A DNA stretch of 64,000 nucleotides, taken from Amoeboaphelidium protococcarum X5 (taxonomy: Eukaryota > Fungi > Aphelidiomycota). Below are positions 1 to 13,382 of the stretch, one piece after another. The translations under genes and the position numbers were made by a program. The first letter of the stretch is position 1, and every line of letters begins with the position of its first letter. Under the pieces are notes generated by a model, which was not told where the DNA came from, ran no database searches, and saw nothing but the letters and a program-made list of their open reading frames with translations. The stretch spans positions 593,147-657,146 of the forward strand of contig JALDTO010000155.1 of NCBI GenBank assembly GCA_023515725.1, written 5' to 3'.

Positions 1-1150
1 AATAATATGCCAAGTTGGCAGAGGCAGCTTGATATGCCATGAACGCATTCACACTAAACTTCATACTGTCTTCATATCCACTTGTTTATTACTACTATTA
101 TTACTATTGGTGAGATGGCATCATTGAAATGTTCTACGCAGATGAAGACGCACTAAGACCGCCGCCATCAGCACCGCCAGACTTGTCTTTGCCCCACGCA
201 ACTTTCAACTTGGCGCCATTAAATGCCGCGTTGGCTAAGTAACAGATGGCCTATGCAGCATTCTCGTGACTGTCCATCTTGACGAATGCGTATCCCTTCT
301 CATGATGAATCTTAATATCCAGGATATGGCCATACGGAAGGAAAGCAGTTTGTAGCATCTCTGTAGTTGTATTAGGAGGAATACTAACGTACACGGTGGT
401 GACACTGGGCTAACTCTAATTCAGCACAGTATTCAAATTCAGTGTAGGCCTCTTAGGATGTTCAAATACAGGTGCAGTGGAATATGTACCAGTACTCGCG
501 GCACTCTAACCTTACTACGAAAACTACTACTACGGCTAAAATTACTACGCGCCATCCCCTTATTAAGGTTAACCAGAAGCATTAGAGCCAGCTTGTAGAT
601 TTGCTTTATTATGAGCCCAATTGATTTTGACACATCGCTAGCCAATCTGGCGACCGTTCATCATCTGAATGGCACGCTCAGCATCTCGCTTAGTCCTGAA
701 AGTCACAAATCCATATCCTCTAGTCTTGCCCGTCTACAGGTCCCACATTACACGCGCATCTGATAGAACACTCCCACCTAGAGCATCAGCGAACGCTCTA
801 GCCAGAACTTGATCATCAACATCGCCACTCAAATCGCCAACATAGAGAGAGTAATGACTCGAGATATCCTCCTTGCTCTTTGTAATCTGAATATACCACT
901 TCAACTGCACACTCAAATCATAGATGCGCCTTCCATTCAGCGTCAATATAGCCGTCTCTGCAGACTAATGATCTTTATACTCAATGTATGAGGTAGAGGT
1001 TGAGCCTGATGCGCGATCATGTATTGTCCTTATAGACACTATAGGGCCAGCGGTGGAGAAAATAGATGCCAACAGCTAATCAGTCACTCTTTAATCTAAA
1101 TTGCTGGCCTGTATAGTCGTTCGCCCAAAGCTATCTTGGATTTTTGGCAT
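1..1150 (-). CDS. PUB1: TIA-1/Pub1-like triple-RRM RNA-binding protein (3' end outside window)
   Basis: With TAR=Gln one frame runs from ATG 1150 (MPKIQDSFGRTTIQASNLDQRVTD). It contains RRM2 (YSLYVGDLSGDVDD...ARVMWD...KTRGYGFVTF), RRM3 (KGYAFVKM...KVAWGK) and a poly-Q tract of CAA/TAG/TAA codons near 87-110. Confidence 0.85.
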
Positions 1151-1297
1151 ATTGTCTAACGCTGAATATGTGATAATTTCGTATTTCGGCCTGATCGGAT
1201 GAAAAAAGATATTTTTGTGATGAAAGAGCTAAGGGAAGCTAAAAGTGCTACTATAAGCGAAACAATAAAATAGGCATAATTAATTATTAATTAAAGA

Positions 1298-3856
1298 TCA
1301 TGAGCTAACCTGTGTGGTGATAGCACTAGTAGAATTGTTCTTCACCACCTTGGATGTACACCGCTCACACGCTCGCCACCTTGGTAGTGATCTTTCATTA
1401 TCATCGTTATCAGTAGGAGAATCTTCACTTTACTGACTCGAGCTTATTATGGCAGTCAACACATCAGACACACCAAGTCTATATCGCGAACAATCAATAC
1501 AAACTATACTTGAGCACCAAGTGCATTAGAATTGACTATCCTAAGCAAAGAATAGATGCTTGCAATTGGAGCATTGAGACTGTTTACTATGACTGACCAC
1601 AGCATGGGACTATTACTATTATTAGAGATTAAGTTCAGATTAAGACTTTTACTACTAATCTGCCGACTAAAGCCGGGGAGTAGATTTAGTGGATACTTCA
1701 CTACTAGGTAAAGGAGGTAATTCAACACTTGTCGATGATTGTAGAATCTTCTACCTGAGATTCTCTATCTGAGCATCGAGATTGTGAAGATGATGTTGCA
1801 GTAATGAATCGGTATGAGAGCACTTGTCCAGCGAGTCTTTTATTTTACTTGAAGCTTCCACATAACTACCAGGAAGTCTTCTATACGGATGTCTGACTGT
1901 AAAAGGCGGTACAGAATCTGCAAAATCACAAAGCGACAATCCACCACCACAATGAGTCGAATCATCAGCACTAAACAGTAATCTTCTCCATATTGAGATA
2001 TCTTTTGGATGATACGAAACTTTAAGAATATTCTGATTTAAAGTTGCTGCATTACCTGCATTCTTCTAACCTTGATAACTCAAGTTTGTGAAATCATCTC
2101 TATTCGATAGAATATAATCCCACAGAGAACAACTATCTCTCCCCTTATTCATAGAACCTCTTTCACGCTCGCAATTACCACTAAAGGTCAGAAAATCATT
2201 ATCAAACACAGCTCTGTATACTCTAAGAAGTAGTTCTTCATTAAATTCAAACTGCGACGGATGTTGGAGCATAATCAGATGAACACTTTCCAAGAACTAG
2301 TGGAATACTGGGGACATTTCTTTCTCACTAACTTTTTAGTATTTTTAGTCAATAGGCGAACTCGGTGTATTCAATCTACTAGAATTCTAATTAACAATAC
2401 TTTAATTAGAACCGGCACTTAAAGATTAAGAGGATGCGCCATTTAGAAAAGACACTTTCTACTTCTTGTCCATGTTCACCAAGTGGCCGCATCTATCTGC
2501 AAATTTGTGGCCAAATGAACACCATTCGCGTTCAATCAAACTAAAAAATCCCACCATAGTTCTATAATGTGGATCAATACACAGCGCAGACAGAGAGGTC
2601 AATTGGGCCGTCCTGTCCCATCCGTCAGAGCAGTGAATCAGTATATTCGTCACACTGTTCACCTGAAGCTATCGAGCATAATCAACTATAACTGCAGTCG
2701 CCTTAAGAATAGATTTGATATGCGATGGCCATCCTGAATTCTCATATAGCTAATACATCATGTCCACCTTATCGGGTATATTCTGATTCAAGACGATATC
2801 ATTAACCACTTTATTCAAAGAATCGCGCATAACATGAATATTTTCTATTCCCATCATGAATCTACTGCCCTTATAGTATTCGGTACTCTCATAACCAGCA
2901 CCCATCGCTCTATTAGACACGGCATTAATCATGGGTCGGGCATCCAGGATAATGTTACTGGCAGGTCGGGACGGATAGTCAACATTCTCAAAGATGGCCT
3001 CCACTAGCTTCTCATCTTACAACGATCGCTTACTCTTGATTCCCACCATGGGTTAACTGCATCTTGTGACACTAAAGCCCATCTGAGGAATGGTATAACT
3101 AAGTGCTGGAATACGGCCTTTAGAGCGAAACTTTGAGGCATGCTTCAGAGTGGCATCACCAATCCTACTGGGTACAATCAAAGTCCTGGGATAAGTGGGA
3201 GACATTTCATACGTACCATTGACATTACTAACACGCCATTTAAGACCTCTATCACTACCACCAATCTGCTGTCTATCACAATCCTACTTTAGAAAGTCAA
3301 ACTCAAAAGTCTCCACTCCCTTCAATCGGATTAGTTTTACACTTGGAAACTATTATTGTTACTGTAGTTATTATTACTAAGAATCGCCACCGTTAAAAAT
3401 CAACATTTTGGATGAGAGTGTATTCAATGCATGCATAAAATCCAAAACATCACGGTCACTGGGCATCTGTATCAGTAATCGCATAAAAGACTTGGTCACT
3501 ATTTCAACTTCTCTATTGCTGGAATCGTTCACCGATGACGATGAAGTAGCTGACGAGTCATTATCGACACCACCTTTAGAGACATTACTGATCATTCCAA
3601 AAGATAATCTCAGATCCTGATAAGATTAGTCTTATTTCTACGGGTCATTAGACGTGATATTGTTCAGTTGAAGGCGTATCAGCAGGTGATGGTTCAAAAT
3701 ATAGACTTGAGCCAAGTGCTACCTCCTCCCATGTTATATTCGTACTTTACAATTCTCAAACTACACACTTTATAGATAGATATACATAGACGACGTTATA
3801 TAATACTAATACTCTAAAAATCAAACAGAATATACCTTGAACTTTTTTATATCCAT
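1298..3856 (-). CDS. Myotubularin-related PI3P phosphatase with C-terminal FYVE-like zinc finger
   Basis: Catalytic [31 protein letters not shown] and EWCSFGHKF motifs. Intron 3761-3835 (GTATA...TAG) after MDIKKFK. TGA at 1298-1300. Confidence 0.92.
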
Positions 3857-4140
3857 TGGTGCATTAACTGAGACTTAAAGACGAAAAGGCAATAACGAAC
3901 GGAGAATGCTAATTTGAGCGCAGGAACGTTCAGAGTTACGTCTCTCCTTTCCAAAGCGCGTGTGATTTCATTGAAGAGGACTTGGTTTAAGTTTACAGAT
4001 ACTATTGTAAATGTAAAGCATGGTTAGGTAATTCATGTTAAAACCACATAATAAAAAAATATAATATGAATGAACAATGATATATTAATTCACACTCAAT
4101 AACAAGTTTCAAATCTAATATCATGAGGCAGATTAAATAA

Positions 4141-4863
4141 TCATTTAGTTTTCACTTTACCGGAAAAGATTTCAGACCAACTGGCATTTGGGTCAATCTG
4201 TTCGGCAAGTTCAGAGGATGCCTCAAAAATACTACCAGTCGTAGACACTGGAAGTTGTGGACGGAGCTGCAATTTCTCCATCAATTACTACACCCAAAGT
4301 CTGAATACCACAATGGCGAATCCAAATATAAAGTACACTGACGCGTTCTTGTACACTTGTTCATCAACTACACTCTAATCAGAACCGCTTCCTTCTTAAG
4401 ATGTAATCTAGGAGGAAGCGAAAGACGCGGCGGATTACTACAATTCTGTTGCATTCAACCCACGAAATGTCAATCCTCGCATGAAAGAGAATGGGACAAA
4501 CGGTAATTGACAAATGACCACTCCATCAAAGCCAAGCAGATACATCAAGTAATATCCACCCAAAAGTTGCGCAATATTCAGAAAACCGCTGAGCATGTTA
4601 TAGCGCATCATTCTACCCTGTAACTACTGCAAATGTCCTTGATTAGCTCTAAGGGTGCCTTTCAATCTGTTCACTTTTTTATCATTAGTCGCCTGCTGGA
4701 TCTACTGTTTCTAATCTTTAACCATGCCATCATACTTCTTGACTTGCTCCGCCAATTCAACATAGTCCTCCTTTCTATAGACATAATACCAATTGACAGC
4801 TTCAACAACGAGCACAGTGGCAAGCGCGATAAGACAAGTTTAAATTAAATAATTGACAGACAT
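4141..4863 (-). CDS. TMCO1: TMCO1-like ER membrane protein (EMC3/DUF106, Oxa1 superfamily)
   Basis: 240 aa with an N-terminal TM (VEAVNWYYVYRKEDY), a coiled coil, and FDGVVICQLPFVPFSFMRGLTFRGL resembling the TMCO1 motif FDG.VVAKLPF.P...L..R.L. Confidence 0.8.
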
Positions 4864-5083
4864 ATTAATATATTATTATTACTATTATTAAGCTTACTGC
4901 AACCTAGAACTAGAATGCGTATGTCTGTTTGTGAGTCCTAACGCAGTTGAATGAGAGCGCGATTCGTTAATCAGAACGATCAAGGGGCTCATAACGCATA
5001 TAAAAATGCAGAGAAATTGCCATACTGCTGTGCTCCTCTTTTATTGTAGTTGCATATATGAATGACAAATTAAATAATTAATT

Positions 5084-6923
5084 ATGAATTCAGATTGCGA
5101 TAGTGGCAGCCAGTATTATTCATTCGCTGAGGATATAATCTCAGCATACTGTAATGATGATGATGATCAATTGAGTATGCGCGACTCTGGCGTCAGTACG
5201 ATGAAGCAATCGCAAGATCGACCTCTAACACCAATCTCTATACAATTGCATTAAGAATCCGTATAGCTATTGCGCAATCCTTCTTAAAGATCTCTGCCTG
5301 CCCGCTCCTCTTCTCTCACTGACACTGATTGTGGATAAAGTGTTAATAAATCTGTTTGTGATAATTATGAAATCGATCCCATGTCTCGCAGGTCCACTCC
5401 TTCTGTCACCTCCTTTTGCACAGCATAAACTTATGACTTAGTTTGTACGCGCGAATAATATCTGGTTGGCTGTAGAAAGTTTAATCTGGATTAGTAGATG
5501 GGCTTGAATCACCTTATCCGATGTAATTATTTTATAAATGATTCGCTAAGTCCTGAGAGTGTTGCGCAGTTCTTATTCCAGGCTTCATCATAGTAACTGG
5601 TGACCAAGCGTGCTGTCGGGGCGTACTTATGCGACCACCGAGAATTTAATCAATAAGTACTCGCTGAATTTACGCGACTAATTGATTTCTCAACATCTTA
5701 AAATGATTTGATGGATTTATTGAGTGCGTTGAGAAGGTATTTGGAAATGTTCAAACTTCCCGGAGAGGCGCAATAGATTGATCGGGTGATAACTGCATTT
5801 GCTGGTCGTTACTCTGAGTTGGTGCGGAATTTTATTTTACATGAATCGGATGAATGCAGCGACCTTTCTATTTTGCAGTCCATCTGGTAAGAAGAAGACA
5901 TCACGTACCTTGTCTGCTTTAGCTTTATATTATTGAATACCGATTTGCATAATTAACAAGTACGCCATAAGATGAAGAGGAAAGTTTTTGTGCGTAATAA
6001 CCTGACTCTTATGTTTAAGTAATCGCGTTATCTAAAAGACGTGTAATGTTCTTCGCCAAGCATAAATAAAGATGGCGAAAGCAGTTAAGAGCATTGTACG
6101 TATATAATGCGACATTATCTAGAACAATGCTATGACTCTATTCTTTAAATTCCGTTTAATCCTCTGATGGATGAAAAGGATGATTTAATAGTGGACCGGT
6201 AATTGTTTCTTGGTCGATCTGTTAGATCTGGATGGCTTCGCGTCAAGTTTCATAGAATCCCTGGCACCTTGACTTTATCTTTGTTTAATCGTAATAACTT
6301 CTGTGTATTGGCAAACTCATGCTTGTTTATATTCTGTGGACACAACAGAACTTAGTATACTATTGTTCCTCTGCTCAACTTTCAGATTGCCTCGAATATG
6401 GTTAACCCAGGCGGATTGCTGTCTCGAATAATACCTAGGAGATAAAATAAAATATAAATATCCTCCATGGACTAGTCTCCTCTCAAATTGGCTCGCATAT
6501 CAAAGGGCCTCAAACCGTAAGACGCTTGTTATTCTTCTATTGAGCTGTGTAGTGATAACGCTTCTGATGTGGCCAAGTGGACCTCGGCGCTCTAAAGAGA
6601 AGTCGTTTACACGCTGACATCTAAAAAAGTATAATGAATCATATTGTAATTATCGAAATTTAATAGTCCTTATATTGATCACTTAGTCAACTGAAGGCGC
6701 GCCTTTAAAATCATATCCGCAGCAAGAAATAAACTCATTGACAATCCTAACCTTTGTGCCAAGAGACTTTACCGTAATCAAGTGTGGTAAAACAAACCTG
6801 AAGAATGGCGAAAATATTCGGCTGTAACGCGCTTTATGGTAGCAGGCGTCAGTTAATAGCCGCGCCAAAAAGATGCACCTGATGAAACATAAAATGCATC
6901 AGGAGTATAATCCAATGAGTTGA
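5084..6923 (+). CDS. Sec7 + PH domain ARF guanine-nucleotide exchange factor
   Basis: LRRYLEMFKLPGEAQQIDRV and ILLNTDLHN Sec7 motifs, then a PH domain. A probable 58-nt intron at 6629-6686 (GTATAA...CTTAG) extends the frame to TGA 6921-6923; unspliced it would stop at 6637. Confidence 0.85.
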
Positions 6924-7220
6924 GTGTAGTTCGCGAATTTACAACTCTTTGTATCTATGAGGTATAACATTGATCTATATGCGTTGCTTATATTAACAAA
7001 TCCTGCTGTAAGTATTGGTTTAGACTACAGTACATTTGGTTTTTTTTAAAATCCCGCAGGATCTCAAGTATCCGCGATCGCGCCTAGTTTATAAAATCGG
7101 AGATCGTCGTCGGCTGAAACAGTTTCAACTTTCTTTTCTTGCTTACGTCACCATCGTCATTTTTACTCCTACTCCTTAGAAATTCAGTGTAAAAGTGTTT
7201 ATCTTGCTTCTAATTACCAA

Positions 7221-10200
7221 ATGTCTGAGCAAAAGTAGAGTAGAAAGTTTTAAAAGTCGCCTGAGGAGAATGCTTGGTTCTTCTCTCGGCTTGTCTACAC
7301 TTGGCTGGATCAGTTGATATTTTATGGTTACAAGCATCCCCTCTAGCATCATGATCTGTACCCGCTCACTTCTGATAGTCAGGCGTCGCATCTTGCTGAT
7401 AGATTTGAAAAGGCTTTTGATGAAATAAAGTCCAAGACTCCCGGAGGTGGCAAAGTATCTGTGTATCAAGTTCTAAAGTAAATTTTTGGTTGGGAGTACG
7501 GTCTGCTGGCAATACCGATGGCGATCCAGTCTGCGTGTAACATTGCCAGCCCAGTGTTCATTGGTCTGCTTACGTAATTTGCAGTTAACAGTGCATCTGC
7601 CGCCACCCCTGCTGACAGACCTCCTTTGTATTTAGCTGCTATTTATTCTGTGATATTCTTTGTCCTCTAATTCTTCGCCACTCTGTTTCAGAATCGTTAT
7701 TACTATTTTTCGATGAAGTATGGTATGCAGGCTCGTGCTTGTCTCACCGCCACCACTTATCGCAAGTTGATCAAGTTGTCCTCGCTGTCTAGATAAAAGT
7801 ACAGTAGTGGATAGATTCTGAATATTGTGTCTTCGGATCTTACAAGAGTGGAGATGCTGTTCTGGTAAGGTCACTTCTTGTGGACTTCTCCTGTGTAAGT
7901 CATTGTTATTTTGGGACTACTCATTGCCAATATAGGAGTATCAGCTTTGGCTGGTTTTGGACTTTTGGTTCTTACTATCCCAGTATAAGCTTATGTTTTT
8001 ATTTATCTTGGCAAGCTGAGAAGATCATACGCTTTTATCACTGATGATCGTATCAAGAGGACTTAGGAATTTCTTGCCGGTATGCGTATAATTAAGTTAT
8101 TTGCATGGGAAGACAGCTTTCTTGGACGTTTGCTATCTCTGAGATCTAGTGAAGTTGATCGAGTGAAAACTGTGAATGTGTGGACTGCTATTCTAATGGG
8201 AATTACCATGAGTGTTCCGTTATTGGCTAGTGTCGTATCATTCATAGTTTATGGAGCTCTTAATCCCACCTTCAATCCTCCGGTGATATTCAGCTCTTTG
8301 GCCTTGTTTAACTTGATGAGGTTCCCTTTGATAATGCTCCCCAATACTATCCGTATGCTTGTGGAGGCTAGAGTAGCAATTAATAGACTTAGTGATGTCT
8401 TGAATGCCGAAGAATTGTAAGCCATTTCCATTGGCCAGGCGAGTGACAAGCCTGATGCGCCCGATTCTGATAACGAGTACGCACTTGAAATTATTGATGG
8501 CAATTTTCAATGGGAATTGGTATAGAGTGCATCTAAGGGTGATCAGACTGGTAAAGACAGTTAACAACCCAAGTAGGAAGATATTGAGGCTAATAAGAAT
8601 GCTGTGCCAATGGTCAAACTGAGCACTTTGAGAGGTATTAATCTTAAAGTCAAGAAGGGAGATTTGGTCATTGTGTGTGGTCAGGTTGGAAGTGGCAAAA
8701 GTAGTCTCTTGAATGCAATTCTTGGTGAAATGAAGACATTGAGCGGTCAGATTCGAATCAATGGTAAGATTGGATACACCATGTAGTAGCCATGGATTAA
8801 GAATGGCAGTGTCAAAGACAATGTGTCTTTTGGTGATGATTTCAGACAGGATTAGTTTGATCACGCTGTACAAGTTACCGCCCTGGCATAAGATTTGGAT
8901 TGGCTTCCTAATGGTGCGAATACTCTGCTCGGCGAGAAGGGTGTTTAGATATCTGGTGGACAGAAGGCTAGAGTCTCACTCTCGAGATTGGTGTATTGTA
9001 AACCGGATATCGCTTTACTTGATGATCCGCTCAGTGCTGTTGATGTAAATGTTGGTAGACACATTTTTAACGAGTGTATTAAGACCGAACTCAAGGATAA
9101 GACTGTCATTCTCGTCACTCATCACATTGAGTATTTGCATTTAGCTGATTATGTTGTTTTTATGAAAGATGGATCAATTGCGGAGTAGGGAACATATTAG
9201 GAGGTTATGAATATGAAGGGATAAGTTGCGGATTTGGTTTAAAACCACGGTCTGGAGGAGAATCAAGATGAAAAAGCTGTCACTAAAAAGGATAAAGTAT
9301 AGAATGAAAATAAACCAGCCGGAATTAGTAAAGGAATGATCGACGAAGAGCGTGCTATCGGAAGTTTATAATGGTCGATATTTTCTAGCTATATCAAGGC
9401 TGCAGGTGGTCCAGTATTTTTAGCGATCACTTTATTTCTAGCGGTTATTACGCAAGTGGCTAGAATTGGAAATGATCTGTGGTTGGTGTTCTGGACTAAT
9501 GATTAGTTTGGCTTATCGACTGCGACCTACAGTGGAGTATATTTTGCATGGGGAATCTCTTAGGGAATATTTTCATCAATCCTCGGTTCTTTTATGGCTG
9601 TTTGCTTTGCATTCGCATCCACAAAGTTTCACAAAGATGCTATATCTAGTGTGTTCAGGGCTCCGATGTCTTTCTTTGATTAGACTCCTTTGGGTAGGAT
9701 AGTGAACAGATTCTCCAGAGATACTGATGTCCTGGATACTGTTCTTCCCTCATCGATTTAATTTTTTATAACGCTGTCATTCTCACTGCTTGGATTGATT
9801 GCTCTTATGGCTTATGCGGCTCCATTCATCCTAGTTGCCCTGGTGCCTCTTTCTATTGCATATATATTTCTTCAGTAGCTATACCTTAGAACTAGTCGTG
9901 AGTTGAAGCGAATGGATGCGATATCTCGCAGTCCTATATATTCTTAGTTTGAAGAGACGATGAGCGGACTTAGCACCATTAGAGCTTACGGAAAATAATA
10001 GAAATTTGTATCCGACTGTCAGTAGTACATTGACTATAACAATGAAGCCGTGTATTTACAACTGATGTGCCAGCGTTGGATTGGTCTTAGACTGGAGACT
10101 CTCGGTTCTCTCATCTGTTTCTTTACTGCTCTAATCGGAGCCATCACGGTTTAAACGTATGGTTTGTCTGCTGCACTTTATGGTGTATCGCTCTCTTACG

Positions 10201-11189
10201 CGTTGTAGTTGGTGTCCAGCATGGGATTCGTTGTGCGATAGTTTGTAGAAATGGAAGTGAATGCCAATTCTATTGAAAGACTACATTACTATATTAGTGG
10301 TCTACCTCATGAGGCTCAGGCTGTTGTTGTGGATAAAAGACCACCAGATAATTGGCCTTCCAAAGGGTAGGTGATATTCAAGAACGTAACGCTCAAGTAC
10401 GATACCAGCGATGCTCCGGTGGTGCAAGATTTGAATTTAACTATCAAGTCCCATGAGAAGTTTGCAGTTGTTGGAAGAACTGGCTCTGGTAAGAGTACTA
10501 CTGTGTATTCAATCTTCAGAATGATGGAGTTGGCTGGCGGTTCCATAGTGATTGATGATTTGAATATAAGCGAGATGGGACTGGCAGATGTTCGCTCCAA
10601 GTTGGCTATCATTCCTCAGGATCCGGTGCTGTTTAGTGGTACTGTGAGATCTAATCTCGATCCATTCAATAAGCACACTGATGAAGACATTTGGCAGGTG
10701 TTAGATGTTGTCAACATGAAGAAGGCGATATCGTAACAAGATGATAAGTTGGACTCTAAAGTGTAGGCAAACGGCGAAAATTTTAGTACTGGGTAGCGCT
10801 AGTTACTTTGCCTGGCCAGAGCTATGCTCAGAAAGCCGAAACTTATGGTCATGGATGAGGTGACAGCTAATGTGGACTTTGAGTCTGATAAGTTAATCCA
10901 AGAGTCTATTCGACGCGATTTCAAAAATTCAACCGTTGTTACTATTGCTCATCGCCTGAATACAATTATTGATTACGATAGAGTATTGGTGCTAGACAAG
11001 GGCAGACTGGTGGAACTGGACTCTCCGTACAATCTACTACAGAAGCCAGACGGCATTTTCTGCAATATGGTCATGGAAACTGGTGCAGCTAATGCTCAGC
11101 TTCTTGAACGTTTAGCTAAAGAAAAGCATGATGCCGGCTGCGTCTCGAATGTTGAAGCATTGGTGTTAGCGTGCCCTTCTGCTTAGTGA
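7221..11189 (+). CDS. ABCC/MRP (Yor1-like) full-length ABC transporter
   Basis: Uninterrupted 1322-aa frame with TAR=Gln. Two TMDs and two NBDs (GQVGSGKSS, ISGGQKAR, LLDDPLSAVD; GRTGSGKST, FSTGQRQLLCLARA). Ends TAG-TGA. Confidence 0.95.
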
Positions 11190-11336
11190 ATATGCTGCAT
11201 AGTTTTAGTTTACCAAATAATAATGAAGAGAATAAAGTAAAGTCAATGCATTGAGTTTTGTTCATTCATTCATTCGTACATCAACTACTCAACTACCTTC
11301 ATTCAACATTGTGGGAGAGGGAGAGTGTGTGTCAAA

Positions 11337-11987
11337 TCAACTAGCTTCCAAAGGTGGCTCGGCAACCAAGAATGGCATGTCAATCGTGCCCGATAAACCC
11401 GTAGGAGTTGGAGTTGGAGTCAATGCAGACGGCATTACACGGAATGGCATGTCAGAAGTACCAGCAAGCCCCGTAGTTATTCTGGTGGTAGTGGAGGTAG
11501 AAGAGCTGCTAGAGCTAGTTTCAGCCTCAGTTGTGGTGGTTGTGCTCTCAGGAGTAGACGTTACAGGGTCCGAGGTAGTCGTTGCCTCAGCAGAACTACT
11601 ACTACTGCTGCTAGTGCTACTGCTGCTACTAGTGGTAGAAGAGGTAGAAGTAGAGCATCCCTTCTTCTTGCCTTTCTTGTTGTTCTTGCAGCGATTATTG
11701 CCCTTGTGCTTGCCTTTGTGATCATCGTCGTCGTCATCATCATCATGGTCATCATCATCATGGTCGTCATCATCATCATCATCATCATGCTTATCGTGAC
11801 CTTTACCTTTGCCTTTGCCATGACTATCGTGACCACGACCAGGATTTCCATTACTGTGACCAACACCCTTGCCATTGTCGCGACGGTAAAGTTCAACAGC
11901 TGCACCGTGAGTTGTCGGTGGTGCAATGACAGATAGAGATAGGAGCAGACAAGCGGCAACCGCAATATTGATAGTTGATACCTTCAT
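11337..11987 (-). CDS. Secreted His/Asp-rich, Ser/Thr-rich orphan protein
   Basis: Hydrophobic signal peptide (MKVSTINIAVAACLLLSLSVIA), dibasic RR site, H/D tract, S/T tract, TGA stop at 11337-11339. Confidence 0.8.
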   Translation of the reverse strand: MKVSTINIAVAACLLLSLSVIAPPTTHGAAVELYRRDNGKGVGHSNGNPGRGHDSHGKGKGKGHDKHDDDDDDDDHDDDDHDDDDDDDDHKGKHKGNNRCKNNKKGKKKGCSTSTSSTTSSSSSTSSSSSSSAEATTTSDPVTSTPESTTTTTEAETSSSSSSTSTTTRITTGLAGTSDMPFRVMPSALTPTPTPTGLSGTIDMPFLVAEPPLEAS

Positions 11988-12016
11988 TATACTACTGAAC
12001 ACAGAGAGATAGCGTG

Positions 12017-12032
12017 CGAGAGAGAGAGAGAG
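12017..12032 (+). repeat. (GA)n microsatellite upstream of the secreted-protein gene
   Basis: cgagagagagagagag. Confidence 0.6.
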
Positions 12033-12626
12033 TTGGCTGTTATTAAAGCAGAATTTAACAACGACGTCAGAGATAGCGGAAGAGTTGATGTGATTAAGAG
12101 ATTAGCTGTTGCAAGTAATCACTACACGCACGCGTAAATGAATGTCAATATCAATGAATGAATGAGTGAGATGTACAACATGTAAATACTTACCTTAATT
12201 TCAATTAATGCGCAATGATGAGAAGTGAGGAAGAGAGTGAAAGTGTGCAATGCGAGGTTGTCGTCGGTTGCAACGTTCAAATTACAACGTTCTAAATATG
12301 CCATCCAAATGCCAACGGAGTAAGTGTCTGATTGGTGTCCTAGTTTTATTTAGATCTTCCAGAATTCCATAATGAAAATCCTCAGTTTAGCCAAAATTCT
12401 AACAATCATAAAAGTTAAAAAGGTACCAGTTAATAATAGCCTAATGTTATATAGAATTCACTAAGCAGCTCGCCTAACTTAGATAGTTATCCTTTGATCA
12501 GCGGCCATGAGTGTCAATCAATACTGTTAAGCGCAACAACTCAAATCATTATCATTAGCGGCAAATACTCTTCTATTCAAATCATAAATGTATTTAATCA
12601 AACAACCCTCTGATATCATATAAAGT

Positions 12627-13235
12627 TCATTCATCACCATTAGTCACGGGAATATCAGGTTGTTCGTCGTGTTAACTTGCCAACTTGCGCTTATCCCGCT
12701 TACGCTTCTGCTTTTTAGACTTCATACCATCTAAAAGTGCCGCTCTCTAAGCTTTGAGCCTTTCATATTCTTCATTCTACCGCTCCAAGTCAGCCAACTC
12801 CTCATCTTTCTATCGCGCCAGTGTAGCACTATCCTACTGTCGTTAAAATTCAGACTTGGCAATGTTGACAGCTCGACTTACAGAGTCAATTGACAGCGGA
12901 TCATTTCTTGTTTACTTTTTCTATTGCTGATGTTATCGCATGGATGTTACTTTATTTCCTGCGTTATCAACTTTGCGATTATCCTTACTATTGTATTCTT
13001 AATCTTAATGTTACTGCTACTGCTACTGCTACTGTTATCACAGCGAGGTGAACAGATTATCAATCTTGCGCTTCTACCCCAGGCGCGCTGATATTTCGTG
13101 ACCACCAGAGCTTTTACCTGCCGAGTCTGATGCTAATTTAAGATCCTGATCCTTAAGCTCAGTGATATCATCTGTCTTCTTAATTCTCCTCACTCGTCTA
13201 CCTTTTCGCTATACATCAGACATTTTAAAAGGCAT
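12627..13235 (-). pseudogene. Basic/Q-rich coiled-coil protein frame with an internal TGA (weak PRKRIP1-like layout)
   Basis: Frame from ATG 13235 to TGA 12627 is open except for one in-frame TGA at 13038-13040 just before a poly-Q run. C-terminus EELADLERQNEEYERLK...KKQKRKRDKRK. Confidence 0.5.
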
Positions 13236-13382
13236 TTTAAAATCTTGATTGATTAATTTAAACTATTTACGCACGCACTGAGTAAGTATAGACTGAAGAG
13301 AATAAAGTTCAAGCAGGCAAAACTAATATCAAAATTGAAAAACAATGAAGCGGAAATATACATCAACAGCATTAGATAGTTT

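Noticed and set aside
6687-6923. Telomerase-like RNA (CCTAACCT template, paired ends)
   Set aside because: Better explained as the last exon of the Sec7 gene through a 58-nt intron; an 8-mer is expected by chance in 64 kb.
8238-8873. 211-aa minus-strand ORF and many similar track ORFs (e.g. 18110-18580, 35280-35645, 51532-51849)
   Set aside because: Antisense shadows of genes on the other strand, with no motifs of their own.
11251-11965. Overlapping track ORFs 11251-11721, 11561-11965 and 11706-11936
   Set aside because: Antisense or alternative-frame shadows of the triplet-repeat secreted gene.
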